DNA of 64,000 nt, taken from the NCBI RefSeq assembly GCF_009914755.1, contig NC_060933.1. One strand, given 5' to 3'. This document shows, piece by piece, positions 40,371 through 54,500 of the stretch. The number at the start of each line of letters is the position of its first letter. Within the stretch, counting starts at the first letter, position 1. The stretch comes from the human T2T-CHM13v2.0 reference genome, Homo sapiens. A model generated the notes under the pieces. The model searched no databases. It saw only the letters and a program-made list of their open reading frames with translations, and was not told the DNA's origin. A program made the position numbers and the translations under genes.

Positions 40371-43300
40371 TGGAATCAACCCGAGTGCAATGGAAAGGAG
40401 TGAAATGGAATGGAATTGAATGGAAACAACCAGAATGGATTGGAATATAATGGAGTGTAAGGGAATTGAATAGAATAAATCTGAATGTAATGAAATGGAA
40501 TGGAACGGAATGGAATGGAATGGAATGGAATGGAATGGAATGGAATGCAAAGGAATGGAATCAACCCGAGTGCAATCGAATGGAATCGAATGGAATGGAA
40601 TGCAATGGAATGGATTCAACTTGAATGGAATGGAAAGAATGGAATCAACACGAGTGGAATGGCATGGATTGGAATGGAATGGAATGGAATCAACCCGAGT
40701 ACAGGGGAAAGGAATGGAATGGAATGCAATTGAATGGAATCATCCGTAATGGAATGGAAAGGAATGGAATGGAATGGAATGGAATGGAATGGAATGGAAT
40801 GGAAAGGAATCAACTCGATTGCAATCGAATGGAATGGAATGGAATTAACCAAATAGAATGGAATGGAATGGAATGGAGTGGAACGGAACGGAATAGAATG
40901 GAATGGAATGGAATGGAATGGAATGGAAAGGAAGGGAATGGAATGGAATACAATGGAATGGAATGGAATAAACACGAGTGCAGGGGAATGGAATGGAATG
41001 GAATGCAATGGAATGGAATCTTCCGGAATGGAATGAAATGGAATGGAATGGAATGGAATGGAATCAACCCGAGTGCAATGGAATGGAGTGGAATGGAATG
41101 GAATGGAATGGAACAACCCGAATGGAATGGAATGTAATGGAGAGTAAGGGAGTTGAATAGAATCAATCAGAATGTAATGGAATGGAATAGAACGGAATGG
41201 AATTGAATGGAATGGAATGGAATGCAATGGAATGGAATCAACCCGAGTGCAATGGAAAGGAGAGGAATGGAGTGGAATGGAATGGAAACTACCCGAATGG
41301 AATGGAATGGAATGGAGTGTAAGGGAATTGAATAGAATCAATCCGAATGTAATGGAATGGAATGGAACGGAATGGAATGGAATGGAATGGAATGGAATGG
41401 AATGGAATGCAATGGAATGGAATCAACCCGAGTGCAATCGAATGGAATCGAATGGAATGGAATGCAATGGAATGGATTCATCTTGAATGGAATGGAAAGA
41501 ATGGAATCAACACGAGTGGAATGGCATGGATTGGAATGGAATGGAATGGAATCAACCCGAGTACAGGGGAATGGAATGGAATGGAATGGAATGGAATGGA
41601 ATCATCCGTAATGGAATGGAAAGGAATGGAATGGAATGGAATGGAATGGAATGGAATGGAATCAACTCGATTGCAATCGAATGGAATGGAATGGAATTAA
41701 CTCGAATAGAATGGAATGGAATGGAATGGAGCGGAACGGAATGGAATGGAATGGAATGGAATGGAATGGAATGGAACGGAACGGAATGGAATGGAATGGA
41801 ATGGAATGGAATGGAATCAACCCGAGTGCAGGGGAATGGAATGGAATGGAATGCAATGGAATGGAATCTTCCGGAATGGAATGGAATGGAATGGAATGGA
41901 ATGGAATGGAATGGAATCAACCCGAGTGCAATGGAATGTAATGGAGAGTAAGTGAGTTGAATAGAATCAATCCGAATATAATGGAATGGAATGGAACGGA
42001 ATGGAATGGAATGGAATGGAATGGAATGCAATGGAATTGAATCAACCCGAGTACAATGGAATGGAATGGAATGGAATGGAATGGAATGGAATGGAATGGA
42101 ATGGAATGATACGGAATAGAATGGAATGGAACGAAATGGAATGGAACGGAATGGAATGGAATGGAATGGAATGGAATGGAATCGTACCGAGTGGAATAGG
42201 AGGGAAAGTATTCGAGTGGAATGGAAAGGAATGGAATCAACCAGAGTGGAATGGAAGGGAATGGAATGGAATGGAAACTAATAGAATGGAATCAACCCGA
42301 GTGGAATGGAATGGAAAGGACTGGAATGGAATGGAATGGAATGGAATCAACTCGATTGTAATGGAATGGAATGGAATGGAATGGAATGGAATGGAATGGA
42401 ATGGAATGGAATGGAATGGAATGGAATTAACCCGAATACAATGCAATGGAATGGAATGGAACGGAATGGAGTGGGATGGAATGGAATCAACCCGAGTGCA
42501 GGGGAATGGAATGGAATGGAATGCAATGGAATGGAATCATCCGGAATGGAATGGAATGGAATGGAATGCAAAGCAATGGAATCAACTCGATTGCAATGGA
42601 ATGGAATGGAATGGAAAGGAATACATTGGAATCAACCCGAGTGGAATGGAATGGAAAGGACTGGAATGGAGTGGAATGGAATGGAATGGAATGGAATGGA
42701 ATCAACCCGATTGGAATGGAATGGAATGGAATGGAATGGAATGGAATGGAAACAACCCGACTGCAGGGGAATGGAATGGAATGGAATGCAATGGAATGGA
42801 TTCAACTTGAATGGAATGGAAAGAATGGAATCCACAAGAGTGGAATGGCATGGATTGGAATGGAATGGAAAGGAATCAACCCGAGTACAGGGGAATGGAA
42901 TGGAATGGAATGCAATGGAATGGAATCATCCGTAATGGAATGGAAAGGAATGGAATGGAATGGAATTGAATTGAATGGAATGGAATGGAATCAACTCGAT
43001 TGCAATCGAATGGAATGGAATGGAATTAACCCGAATAGAATGGAATGGAATGGAATGGAACGGAACGGAACGGAATGGAATGCATTGGAATGGAATGGAA
43101 TGGAATGGAATGGAATGGAACGGAAAGGAATGGAATGGAACGGAAATGAATGGAATGGAATGGAATGGAATGGAATGGAATCAACGCGAGTGCAAGGGAA
43201 TGGAATGGAATGGAATGCAATGGAATGGAATCTTCCGGAATGGAATGGAATGGAATGGAATGGAATGGAATGGAATCAACTCGATTGCAATCGAATGGAA

Positions 43301-43499
43301 TGGAATGGAAAGGAATACATTGGAATCAACCCGAGTGGAATGGAATGGAAAGGACTGGAATGGAGTGGAAGGGAATGGAATGGAATGGAATGGAATGGAA
43401 TCAACTCGATTGGAATGGAATGGAATGGAATGGAATGGAATGGAATGGAATGGAATTAAACCGAATAGAATGGAATGGAATGGAATGGAACGGAACGGA

Positions 43500-44290
43500 A
43501 TGGAATGGAATGGAATGGAATGGAATGGAATGGAAACAACCCGACTGAAGGGGAATTTAATGGAATGGAATGCAATGGAATGGATTCAACTTGAATGGAA
43601 TGGAAAGAATGGAATCAACACGAGTGGAATGGCATGGATTGGAATGGAATGGAATGGAATCAACCCGAGTACAGGGGAATGGAATGGAATGGAATGCAAT
43701 GGAATGGAATCATCCGTAATGGAATGGAAAGGAATGGAATGGAATGGAATGGAATGGAATGGAATCAACTCGATTGCAATCGAACGGAATGGAATGGAAT
43801 TAACCCGAATAGAATGGAATGGAATGGAATGGAACGGAACGGAACGGAATGGAATGGATTGGAATGGAATGGAATGGAATGGAATGGAACGGAACGGAAT
43901 GGAATGGAATGGAATGGAATGGAATGGAATGGAAACAACCCGACTGAAGGGGAATTTAATGGAATGGAATGCAATGGAATGGATTCAACTTGAATGGAAT
44001 GGAAAGAATGGAATCAACACGAGTGGAATGGCATGGATTGGAATGGAATGGAATGGAATCAACCCGAGTACAGGGGAATGGAATGGAATGGAATGCAATG
44101 GAATGGAATCATCCGTAATGGAATGGAAAGGAATGGAATGGAATGGAATGGAATCAACTCGATTGCAATCGAACGGAATGGAATGGAATTAACCCGAATA
44201 GAATGGAATGGAATGGAATGGAACGGAACGGAACGGAATGGAATGGATTGGAATGGAATGGAATGGAATGGAATGGAACGGAAAGGAATG
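43500..44290 (-). repeat. Tandem duplication, 399-bp unit, 2 copies
   Basis: The private word CCGACTGAAGGGGAATTTAA occurs at 43541 and 43940, and CAATCGAACGG is in both copies. The ORF offset is 43595/43994. Confidence 0.85.
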
Positions 44291-47200
44291 GAATGGAATG
44301 GAATGGAATGGAATGGAATCAACGCCAGTGCAGGGGAATGGAATGGAATGGAATGCAATGGAATGGAATCATCCGTAATGGAATGGAAAGGAATAGAATG
44401 GAATGGAATGGAATGGAATGGAATGGAATCAACTCGATTGCAATCGAATGGAATGGAATGGAATTAACCCGAATAGAATGGAATGGAATGTAATGGAACG
44501 GAACGGAATGGAATGGAATGGAATGGAATGGAATGGAATGGAAAGGAAGGGAATGGAATGGAATAGAATGGAATGGAATGGAATAAACACGAATGCAGGG
44601 GAATGGAATGGAATGGAATGCAATGGAATGGAATCTTCTGGAATGGAATGAAATGGAATGGAATGGAATGGAATGGAATGGAATGGAATGGAATCAACCC
44701 TAGTGCAATGGAATGGAGTGGAATGGAATGGAATGGAATGGAACAACCCGAATGGAATGGAATGTAATGGAGAGTAAGGGAGTTGAATAGAATCAATCCG
44801 AATGTAATGGAATGGAATAGAACGGAATGGAATTGAATGGAATGGAATGGAATGCAATGGAATGGAATCAACCCGAGTGCAATGGAAAGGAGAGGAATGG
44901 AATGGAATGGAATGGAAACTACCCGAATGGAATGGAATGGAATGGAGTGTAAGGGAATTGAATAGAATCAATCCGAATGTAATGGAATGGAATGGAACGG
45001 AATGGAATGGAATGGAATGGAATGCAATGGAATGGAATCAACCCGAGTGCAATCGAATGGAATCGAATGGAATGGAATGCAATGGAATGGATTCAACTTG
45101 AATGGAATGGAAAGAATGGAATCAACACGAGTGGAATGGCATGGATTGGAATGGAATGGAATGGAATCCACCCGAGTACAGGGGAATGGAATGGAATGGA
45201 ATGGAATGGAATGGAATCATCCGTAATGGAATGGAAAGGAATGGAATGGAATGGAATGGAATGGAATGGAATGGAATGGAATCAACTCGATTGCAATCGA
45301 ATGGAATGGAATGGAAAGGAATACATTGGAATCAACCCGAGTGGAATAGAATGGAAAGGACTGGAATGGAGTGGAATGGAATGGAATGGAATGGAATGGA
45401 ATGGAAACAACTCGATTGGAATGGAATGGAATGCAATGGAATGTAATGGAATGGAATGGAATTAAACCGAATAGAATGGAATGGAATGGAATGGAACGGA
45501 ACGGAATGGAATGGAATGGAATGGAATGGAATGGAACGGAACGGAATGGAATGGAATGGAATGGAATGGAATGGAATCAATGCGAGTGCAGGGGAATGGA
45601 ATGGAATGGAATGCAATGGAATGGAAACTTCCGGAATGGAATGGAATGGAATGGAATGGAATGGAATGGAATGAAATGCAATGGATTCAACTCTATTGCA
45701 ATGGAATGGAATAGAATGGAATGGAATGGAATGGAATGGAATTAATCCGAATAGAATGGAATGGAATGGAATGGAATGGAATGGAATGGAATGGTATGGA
45801 ATGGAATGGAATGGTACGGAATAGAATGGAATGGAACGAATTGTAATGGAATGGAATTGAATGGAATGGAATGGAATGGAATGGAATCAACGCGAGTGCA
45901 GGGGAATGTAATGGAACGGAATGCAATGGAATGGAATCATCCGGAATGGAATGGAATGGAATGGAATCAACCCGAGTGCAATGGAATGGATTGGAATGGA
46001 ATGGAATGGAATGGAACAACCCGAATGGAATGGAATGTAATGGAGAGTAAGGGAGTTGAATAGAATCAATCCGAATGTAATGGAATGGAATGCAACGGAA
46101 TGGAATGGAATCGTTCCCAGTGGAATAGGAGGGAATGTATTCGAGTGGAATGGAAAGGAATGGAATCAACCAGAGTGGAATGGAAGGGAATGGAATGGAA
46201 TGGAAACTAATAGAATGGAATCAACCCGAGTGGAATGGAATGGAAATGACTGGAATGGAATGGAATGGAATGGAATCAACTCGATTGTAATGGAATGGAA
46301 TGGAATGGAATGGAATGGAATGGAATGGAATTAACCCGAATACAATGCAATGGAATGCAATGGAACGGAATGGAGTGGGATGGAATGGAATCAACCCGAG
46401 TGCAGGGGAATGGAATGGAATGGAATGCAATGGAATGGAATCATCCGGAATGGAATGGAATGGAATGGAATGCAAAGCAATGGAATCAACTCGATTGCAA
46501 TGGAATGGAATGGAATGGAAAGGAATACATTGGAATCAACCCGAGTGGAATGGAATGGAAAGGACTGGAATGGAGTGGAATGGAATGGAATGGAATGGAA
46601 CGGAATCAACCCGATTGGAATGGAATGGAATGGAATGGAATGGAATGGAATGGAATTAACCCGAATAGAATGGAATGGAATGGAATGGAACGGAACGGAA
46701 TGGAATGGAATGGAATGGAATGGAATGGAATGGAAACAACCCGACTTCAGGGGAATGGAATGGAATGGAATGCAATGGAATGGATTCAACTTGAATGGAA
46801 TGGAAAGAATGGAATCAACGCGAGTGGAATGGCATGGATTGGAATGGAATGGAATGGAATCAACCCGAGTACAGGGGAATGGAATGGAATGGAATGCAAT
46901 GGAATGGAATCATCCGTAATGGAATGGAAAGGAATGGAACGGAATGGAATGGAATTGAATGGAATGGAATGGAATCAACTCGATTGCAATCGAACGGAAT
47001 GGAATGGAATTAACCCGAATAGAATGGAATGGAATGGAATGGAACGGAACGGAACGGAATGGAATGCATTGGAATGGAATGGAATGGAATGGAATGGAAT
47101 GGAACGGAAAGGAATGGAATGGAATGGAATGGAATGGAATGGAATCAACGCGAGTGCAAGGGAATGGAATGGAATGGAATGCAATGGAATGGAATCTTCC

Positions 47201-47679
47201 GGAATGGAATGGAATGGAATGGAATGGAATGGAATGGAATGAAATGCAATGGATTCAACTCGATTGCAATGGAATGGAATAGAATGGAATGGAATGGAAT
47301 GGAATGGAATGGAATTAACCAAAATAGAATGGAATGGAATGGAATGGAACGGAATGGAACGGAATGGAATGGAATGGAATGGAATGGTATGGAATGGAAC
47401 GGAATGGTACGGAATAGAATAGAATGGAACGAATTGTAATGGAATGGAATTGAATGGAATGGAATGGAATGGAATGGAATCAACGCGAGTGCAGGGGAAT
47501 GTAATGGAACGGAATGCAATGGAATGGAATCATCCGGAATGGAATGCAATGGAATGGAACGGAATGGAATGGAATCAACCCGAGTGCAATGGAATGGATT
47601 GGAATGGAATGGAATGGAATGGAACAACCCGAATGGAATGGAATGTAATGCAGAGTAAGGGAGTTGAATAGAATGAATC

Positions 47680-50430
47680 CGAATGTAATGGAATGGAATG
47701 CAACGGAATGGAATGGAATGGAATAGAATGGAATGCAATGGAATGGAATCAACCCGAGTACAATGGAATGGAATGGAATGGAATGGAATGGAATGGAATG
47801 GAATGGAATGGAATGGAATGAAATGGAATGATACGGAATAGAATGGAATGGAACGAAATGGAATGGAATGGAATGGAATGGAATGGAATGGAATGGAATG
47901 GAATGGAATAGTTCCGAGTGGAATAGGAGGGAATGTATTCGAGTGGAATGGAAAGGAATGGAATCAACCAGAGTGGAATGGAAGGAAATGAAATGGAATG
48001 GAAACTAATGGAATGGAATCAAACCGAGTGGAATGGAATGGAAAGGACTGGAATGGAATGGAATGGAATGGAATCAACTCGATTGTAATGGAATGGAATG
48101 GAATGGAATGGAATGCAGTGGAATGGAATGGAATCAACCCGAGTGCAGGGGAATGGAATGGAATGGAATGCAATGGAATGGAATCACCCGGAATGGAATG
48201 GAATGGAATGGAAGGCAAAGCAATGGAATCAACTCGATTGCAGTGGAATGGAATGGAATGGAAAGGAATACATTGGAATCAACCCGAGTGGAATGGAATG
48301 GAAAGGACTGGAATGGAGTGGAATGGAATGGAATGGAATCGAATGGAATCAACTCGATTGGAATGGAATGGAATGGAATGGAATGGAATTAACCCGAATA
48401 GAATGGAATGCAATGGAATGGAACAGAACGGAATGGAATGGAATGGAACGGAATGGAATGGAATGGAATGGAATCAACCCGACTGCAGGGGAATGGAATG
48501 GAAGGGAATGCAATGGAATGGATTCAACTTGAATGGAATGGAAAGAATGGAATCAACACGAGTGGAATGGCATGGATTGGAATGGAATGGAATGGAATGA
48601 ACCCGAGTACAGGGGAATGGAATGGAATGGAATGCAATGGAATGGAATCATCCGTAATGGAATGGAAAGGAATGGAATGGAATGGAATGGAATGGAATGG
48701 AATGGAATGGAATCAACTCGATTGCAATCGAATGGAATGGAATGGAATTAACCCGAATAGAATGGAATGGAATGGAATGGAACGGAACGGAACGGAATGG
48801 AATGGATTGGAATGGAATGGAATGGAATGGAATGGAATGGAACGGAAAGGAATGGAATGGAATGCAATGGAGTGGAATGGAATGGAATGGAATCAACGCG
48901 AGTGCAGGGGAATGGAATGGAATGGAATGCAATGGAATGGAATCTTCCGGAATGGAATGGAATGGAATGGAATGGAATGGAATCAACCCGAGTGCAATGG
49001 AATGGAGTGGAATGGAATGGAATGGAATGGAACAACCCGAATGGAATGGAATGTAATGGAGAGTAAGGGAGTTGAATAGAATCAATCCGAATGTAATGGA
49101 ATGGAATGGAACGGAATGGAATTGAATGGAATGCAATGGAATGGAATCAACCCGAGTGCAATGGAATGGAGAGGAATGGAATGGAATGGAATGGAAACTA
49201 CCCGAATGGAATGGAATGTAATGGAGTGTAAGGGAATTGAATAGAATCAATCCGAATGTAATGGAATGGAATTGAACGGAATGGAATGGAATGGAATGGA
49301 ATGGAATGGAATGGAATGGAATTCAATGGAATGGAATCAACCCGAGTGCAATCGAATGGAATCGAATGGAATGGAATGCAATGGAATGGATTCAACTTGA
49401 ATGGAATGGAAAGAATGGAATCAACACGAGTGGAATGGCATGGATTGGAATGGAATGGAATGGAATCAACCCGAGTACAGGGGAATGGAATGGAATGGAA
49501 TGCAATGGAATGGAATCATCCGTAATGGAATGGAAAGGAATGGAATGGAATGGAATGGAATGGAATGGAATGGAATGGAATCAACTCGATTGCAATCGAA
49601 TGGAATGGAATGGAATTAACCCGAATAGAATGGAATGGAATGGAATGGAACGGAACGGAATGGAATGGAATGGAATGGAACGGAACGGAATGGAATGGAA
49701 TGGAATGGAATGGAATGGAATGGAATGGAATCAACGCGAGTGCAGGGGAATGGAATGGAATGGAATGCAATGGAATGGAATCTTCCGGAATGGAATGGAA
49801 CGCAATGGAATGGAATGAAATGCAATGGATTCAACTCGATTGCAATGGAATGGAATAGAATGGAATGGAATGGAATGGAATGGAATTAATCCGAATAAAA
49901 TGGAATGGAATGGAATGGAATGGAATGGAATGGAATGGTATGGTATGGAATGGAATGGAATGGTACGGAATAGAATGGAATGGAACGAATTGTAATGGAA
50001 TGGAATTGAATGGAATGGAATGGAATGGAATGGAATCAACGCGAGTGCAGGGGAATGTAATGGAACGGAATACAATGGAACGGAATCATCCGGAAAGGAA
50101 TGGAATGGAATGGAATCAACCCGAGTGCAATGGAATGGAGTGGAATGGAATGGAATGGAATGGAACAACCCGAATGGAATGGAATGTAATGGAGAGTAAG
50201 GGAGTTTAATAGAATCAATCCGAATGTAATGGAATGGAATGCAACGGAATGGAATGGAATGGAATGCAATGGAATTGAATCAACCCGAGTACAATGGAAT
50301 GGAATGGAATGGAATGGAATGGAATGGAATGGAATGGAATGATACGGAATAGAATGGAATGGAACGAAATGGAATGGAATGGAATGGAATGGAATGGAAT
50401 TGAATGGAATGGAATTTAATGGAATCTTTC
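47680..50430 (-). repeat. Dispersed duplicated block, copy 2 (paralog of ~33950-36700)
   Basis: It carries the same private variants and module order as 33950-36700. Offsets run from 13723 to 13738 and vary in steps of 5. Confidence 0.85.
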
Positions 50431-51514
50431 CGAGTGGAATAGGAGGGAATGTATTCGAGTGGAATGGAAAGGAATGGAATCAACCAGAGTGGAATGGAAG
50501 GGAATGGAATGGAATGGAAACTAATAGAATGGAATCAACCCGAGTGGAATGGAATGGAAAGGACTGGAATGGAATGGAATGGAATGGAATCAACTCGATT
50601 GTAATGGAATGGAATGGAATGGAATGGAATGGAATGGAATGGAATGGAATGGAATTAACCCGAATACAATGCAATGGAATGGAATGGAACGGAATGGAGT
50701 GGAATGGAATGGAATCAACCCGAGTGCAAGGGAATGGAATGGAATGGAATGCAATGGAATGGAATCATCCGGAATGGAATGGAATGGAATGGAATGCAAA
50801 GCAATGGAATCAACACGATTGCAATGGAATGGAATGGAATGGAAAGGAATACATTGGAATCAACCCGAGTGGAATGGAATGGAAAGGACTGGAATGGAGT
50901 GGAATGGAATGGAATGGAATGGAATGGAATGGAATGGAATCAACCCGAGTGCAATGGAATGGAGTGGAATGGAATGGAATGGAATGAAACAACCCGAATG
51001 GAATGGAATGTAATGGAGAGTAAGGGAGTTGAATAGAATCAATCCAAATGTAATGGAATGGAATGGAACGGAATGGAATTGAATGGAATGGAATGGAATG
51101 CAATGGAATGGAATCAACCCGAGTGCAATGGAATGGAGAGGAATGGAATGGAATGGAATGGAATGGAAACTACCCGAATGGAATGCAATGTAATGGAGTG
51201 TAAGGGAATTGAATAGAATGAATCCGAATGGAATGGAATGGAATGGAACGGAATGTAATGGAATGGAATGGAATGGAATCAAACCGAGTGCAGGGGAATG
51301 GAATGGAATGGAATGCAATGGAATGGAATCATCCGGAATGGAATGGAATGGAATGCAATGGAATGGAATGGAATGGAATCAACCCGAGTGCAATGGAAAG
51401 GTGTGAAATGGAATGGAATGGAATGGAAACAACCAGAATCGATTGGAATATAATGGAGTGTAAGGGAATTGAATAGAATAAATCTGAATGTAATGAAATG
51501 GAATGGAACGGAAT

Positions 51515-54500
51515 GGGATGGAATGGAATGGAATGGAATGGAAGGGAATGGAATGGAATGGAATTAACCTGAACAGAATGGAATGGAATGGTATGGAATG
51601 GAATGGAATGGAATGGAATGGAATGCAATGGAATGGAATCAATCAACGCGAGTGCAATAGAATGCAGTGGAATGGAATGGAATGGAATGGAAAGTACCCG
51701 AATGGAATGGAATGGAATGGAGTGTAAGGGAATTAAAAAGAATCAATCCGAATGTAATGGAATGGAATTGAAAGGAAAGGAATGGAATGGAATGGAATGG
51801 AATGGAATGGAATGGAATGGAATGGAATGGCATAGAATGGAATGGAATCAACCCGAGCGCAATGGAATGGAATGGAATGGAATGGAATGGAATGGAATGG
51901 ATTCAACCCGAATGGAATGGAAAGGAATGGAATAAACCCGAGTGAAATGGCATGGAAGGGAATGGAATGGAATGGAATGGTACGGAGTAGAATGGAATGG
52001 AACGAAATGGAATGGAATGGAATGGAATGGAATGGAATGGAATGGAAAGGAATGAACCCGTGAGCAATGGAATGGAATGGAATGGAATGGAATGGAATGG
52101 AATGGGTTCAATTCGAATAGAATGGAAAGGAATGGAATCAACCCGAGTGCAATGGCATGGAATGGAATGGAATGGAATGGAATGGAATGGAATGGAATGG
52201 AATGGATTCAACCCAAATGGAATGGAAAGGAATGGAATAAACCCGAGTGGAATGGCATGGAATGGAGTGGAATGGAATGGAATGGAATGGAATGGAATGG
52301 AATGGAATGGAATTAACCCTAATAGAATAGAATGGAATCGAATGGAATGGAATAGAAGGGAATGGAATGGAATGGAATGGAATGGAATTAACCCGAATAG
52401 AATGGAATGGAATGGAATGGAATGGAATGGAATGGAATGGAATCAACTCGATTTCAATGGAATGGAATGGAATGGAATGGAATGGAAGGGAATGGAATGG
52501 AATGGAATGAAATTATCCTGAATTGAATGGAATGGAATGGAATGGAATGGAATGGAATGGAATGGAATGGAATGGAATAGAATGTAATCCAACCGAGTGC
52601 AGGGGAATGGAATGGAATGGAATGCAATGGAATGGAATCATTCGGAATGGAATGGAATGGAATGGAATGCAATGGAATGGAATGGAATCAACCCGATTGC
52701 AATGGAATGGAGTGGAATGGAATGGAATGGAATGGAAACAACCCGAATGGAATGGAATGGAAAGGAATCGAATGGAATCAACCTGAGTGCAGGGGAATGG
52801 AATGGAATGGAATGCAATGGAATGTAATGGAATGGAATGCAATGGAATCAACCCGAGTGCAATGTAATGGAATCGAATGGAATGGCATGGAATGGAATGG
52901 ATTCAACCCGAATGGAATGGAAAGGAATGGAATAAACCCGAGTGGAATGGCATGGAGTGGAGTGGAATGGAATGGAATGGAATAGAATGGAATGGTACGG
53001 AATAGAATGGAATGGAACGAAATGGAATGGAATGGAATGGAATGGAATGGAATGGAATGGAATCAAACCGAGTGCAGGGGAATGGAATGGAATTGAAGGC
53101 AATGGAATGGAATCATCCGGAATTGAATGGAATGGAATGGAATCAACTCGATTGCAATGGAATGGAATGGAATGGCATGGAATGGAATGGAATGGAATGC
53201 AATGCAATGGAATGCAATGGAATGGAATGGAATTAACCCGAATAGAATGGAATGGAATGGAATGGAAGTAAATGGAATGGAAGGTAATGAACCCGAGTGC
53301 AGGGGAATGGAATGGAATGGAATGCAATGGAATGGAGTCATCCGCAATGGAACGGAAAGGAATGGAATGGAACCAACCCGTGTGCAATGGAATTGAAAGG
53401 AATGGAATGGAATGGAATGGAATGGAATGGAATGGATTCAACCCGAATGGAATGGAAAGGAAGGGAATCAACCCAAGTGGAATGGCATGGAATGGAATGG
53501 ATTGGAATGGAATGGAATGGAATGCTACCGAATAGAATGGAATGGAACGAAATGGAGTAGAATGGAATGGAATGGAATGCAATCAACCCGAGTGCAATGG
53601 AATGGAGTGGAATGGATTGGAATGGAATGGAAACAACCTGAATGGAATGGAATGAAATGGAGTGTAAGGGAATTGAATACAATCAAACCGAATGTAATGG
53701 AATGGAATGGAACGGAATGGAATGGAATGGAATGGAATGGAATGCAGTGGAATGGAATCAAACCTAGTGCAATGGAATGGAATGGAATGGAATGCAATGG
53801 AATGGAATGGAATCAATTCGATTGCAATGGAATGGAATGGAATGGAATGGAATGGAATGGAATGGGTTCAACTCGAATGGAATGGAATGGAATGGAATCA
53901 ACCCGAGTGCAGGGGAATGGAATGGAATGGAATGCAATGGAATGGAATCATCCGGAATGGAATGGAATGGAATGGAATGCAAAGCAATGGAATCAACTCG
54001 ATTGCAATGGAATGGAATGGAATGGAAAGGAATACATTGGAATCAACCCGAGTGGAATGGAATGGAAAGGACTGGAATGGAATGGAATGGAATGGAATGG
54101 AATGGAATGGAATCAACTCGATTGGAATGGAATGGAAAGGAATGGAATGGAATGGAATGGAATTAACCCGAATAGAATGGAATGGAATGGAATGGAATGG
54201 AATGGAATGGAATGGAATGGAATGGAATAGAGTGGAATGGAATGGAATGGAATAGAATGGAATCCACCCGAGTGCAGGGGAATGGAATGGAATGGAATGC
54301 AATGGAATGGAATCATACGGAATGGAATGGAATGGAAAGGAATGGAATCAACCCGATTGCAATGGAATGGAGTGGAATGGAATGGAATGGAATGGAAACA
54401 ACCCGAAAGGAATGGAATGGAATGGAATGGAGTGTAAGGGAATTGAATAGAATCAATACGAATGTAATGGAATGGAATGGAACGGAATGGAATGCAATGG

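Noticed and set aside
1-50745. One giant perfect palindrome centred on 25373
   Set aside because: Base-level symmetry stops after 49 bp. Beyond that, inverted similarity is patchy and offset, and each arm has its own duplications.
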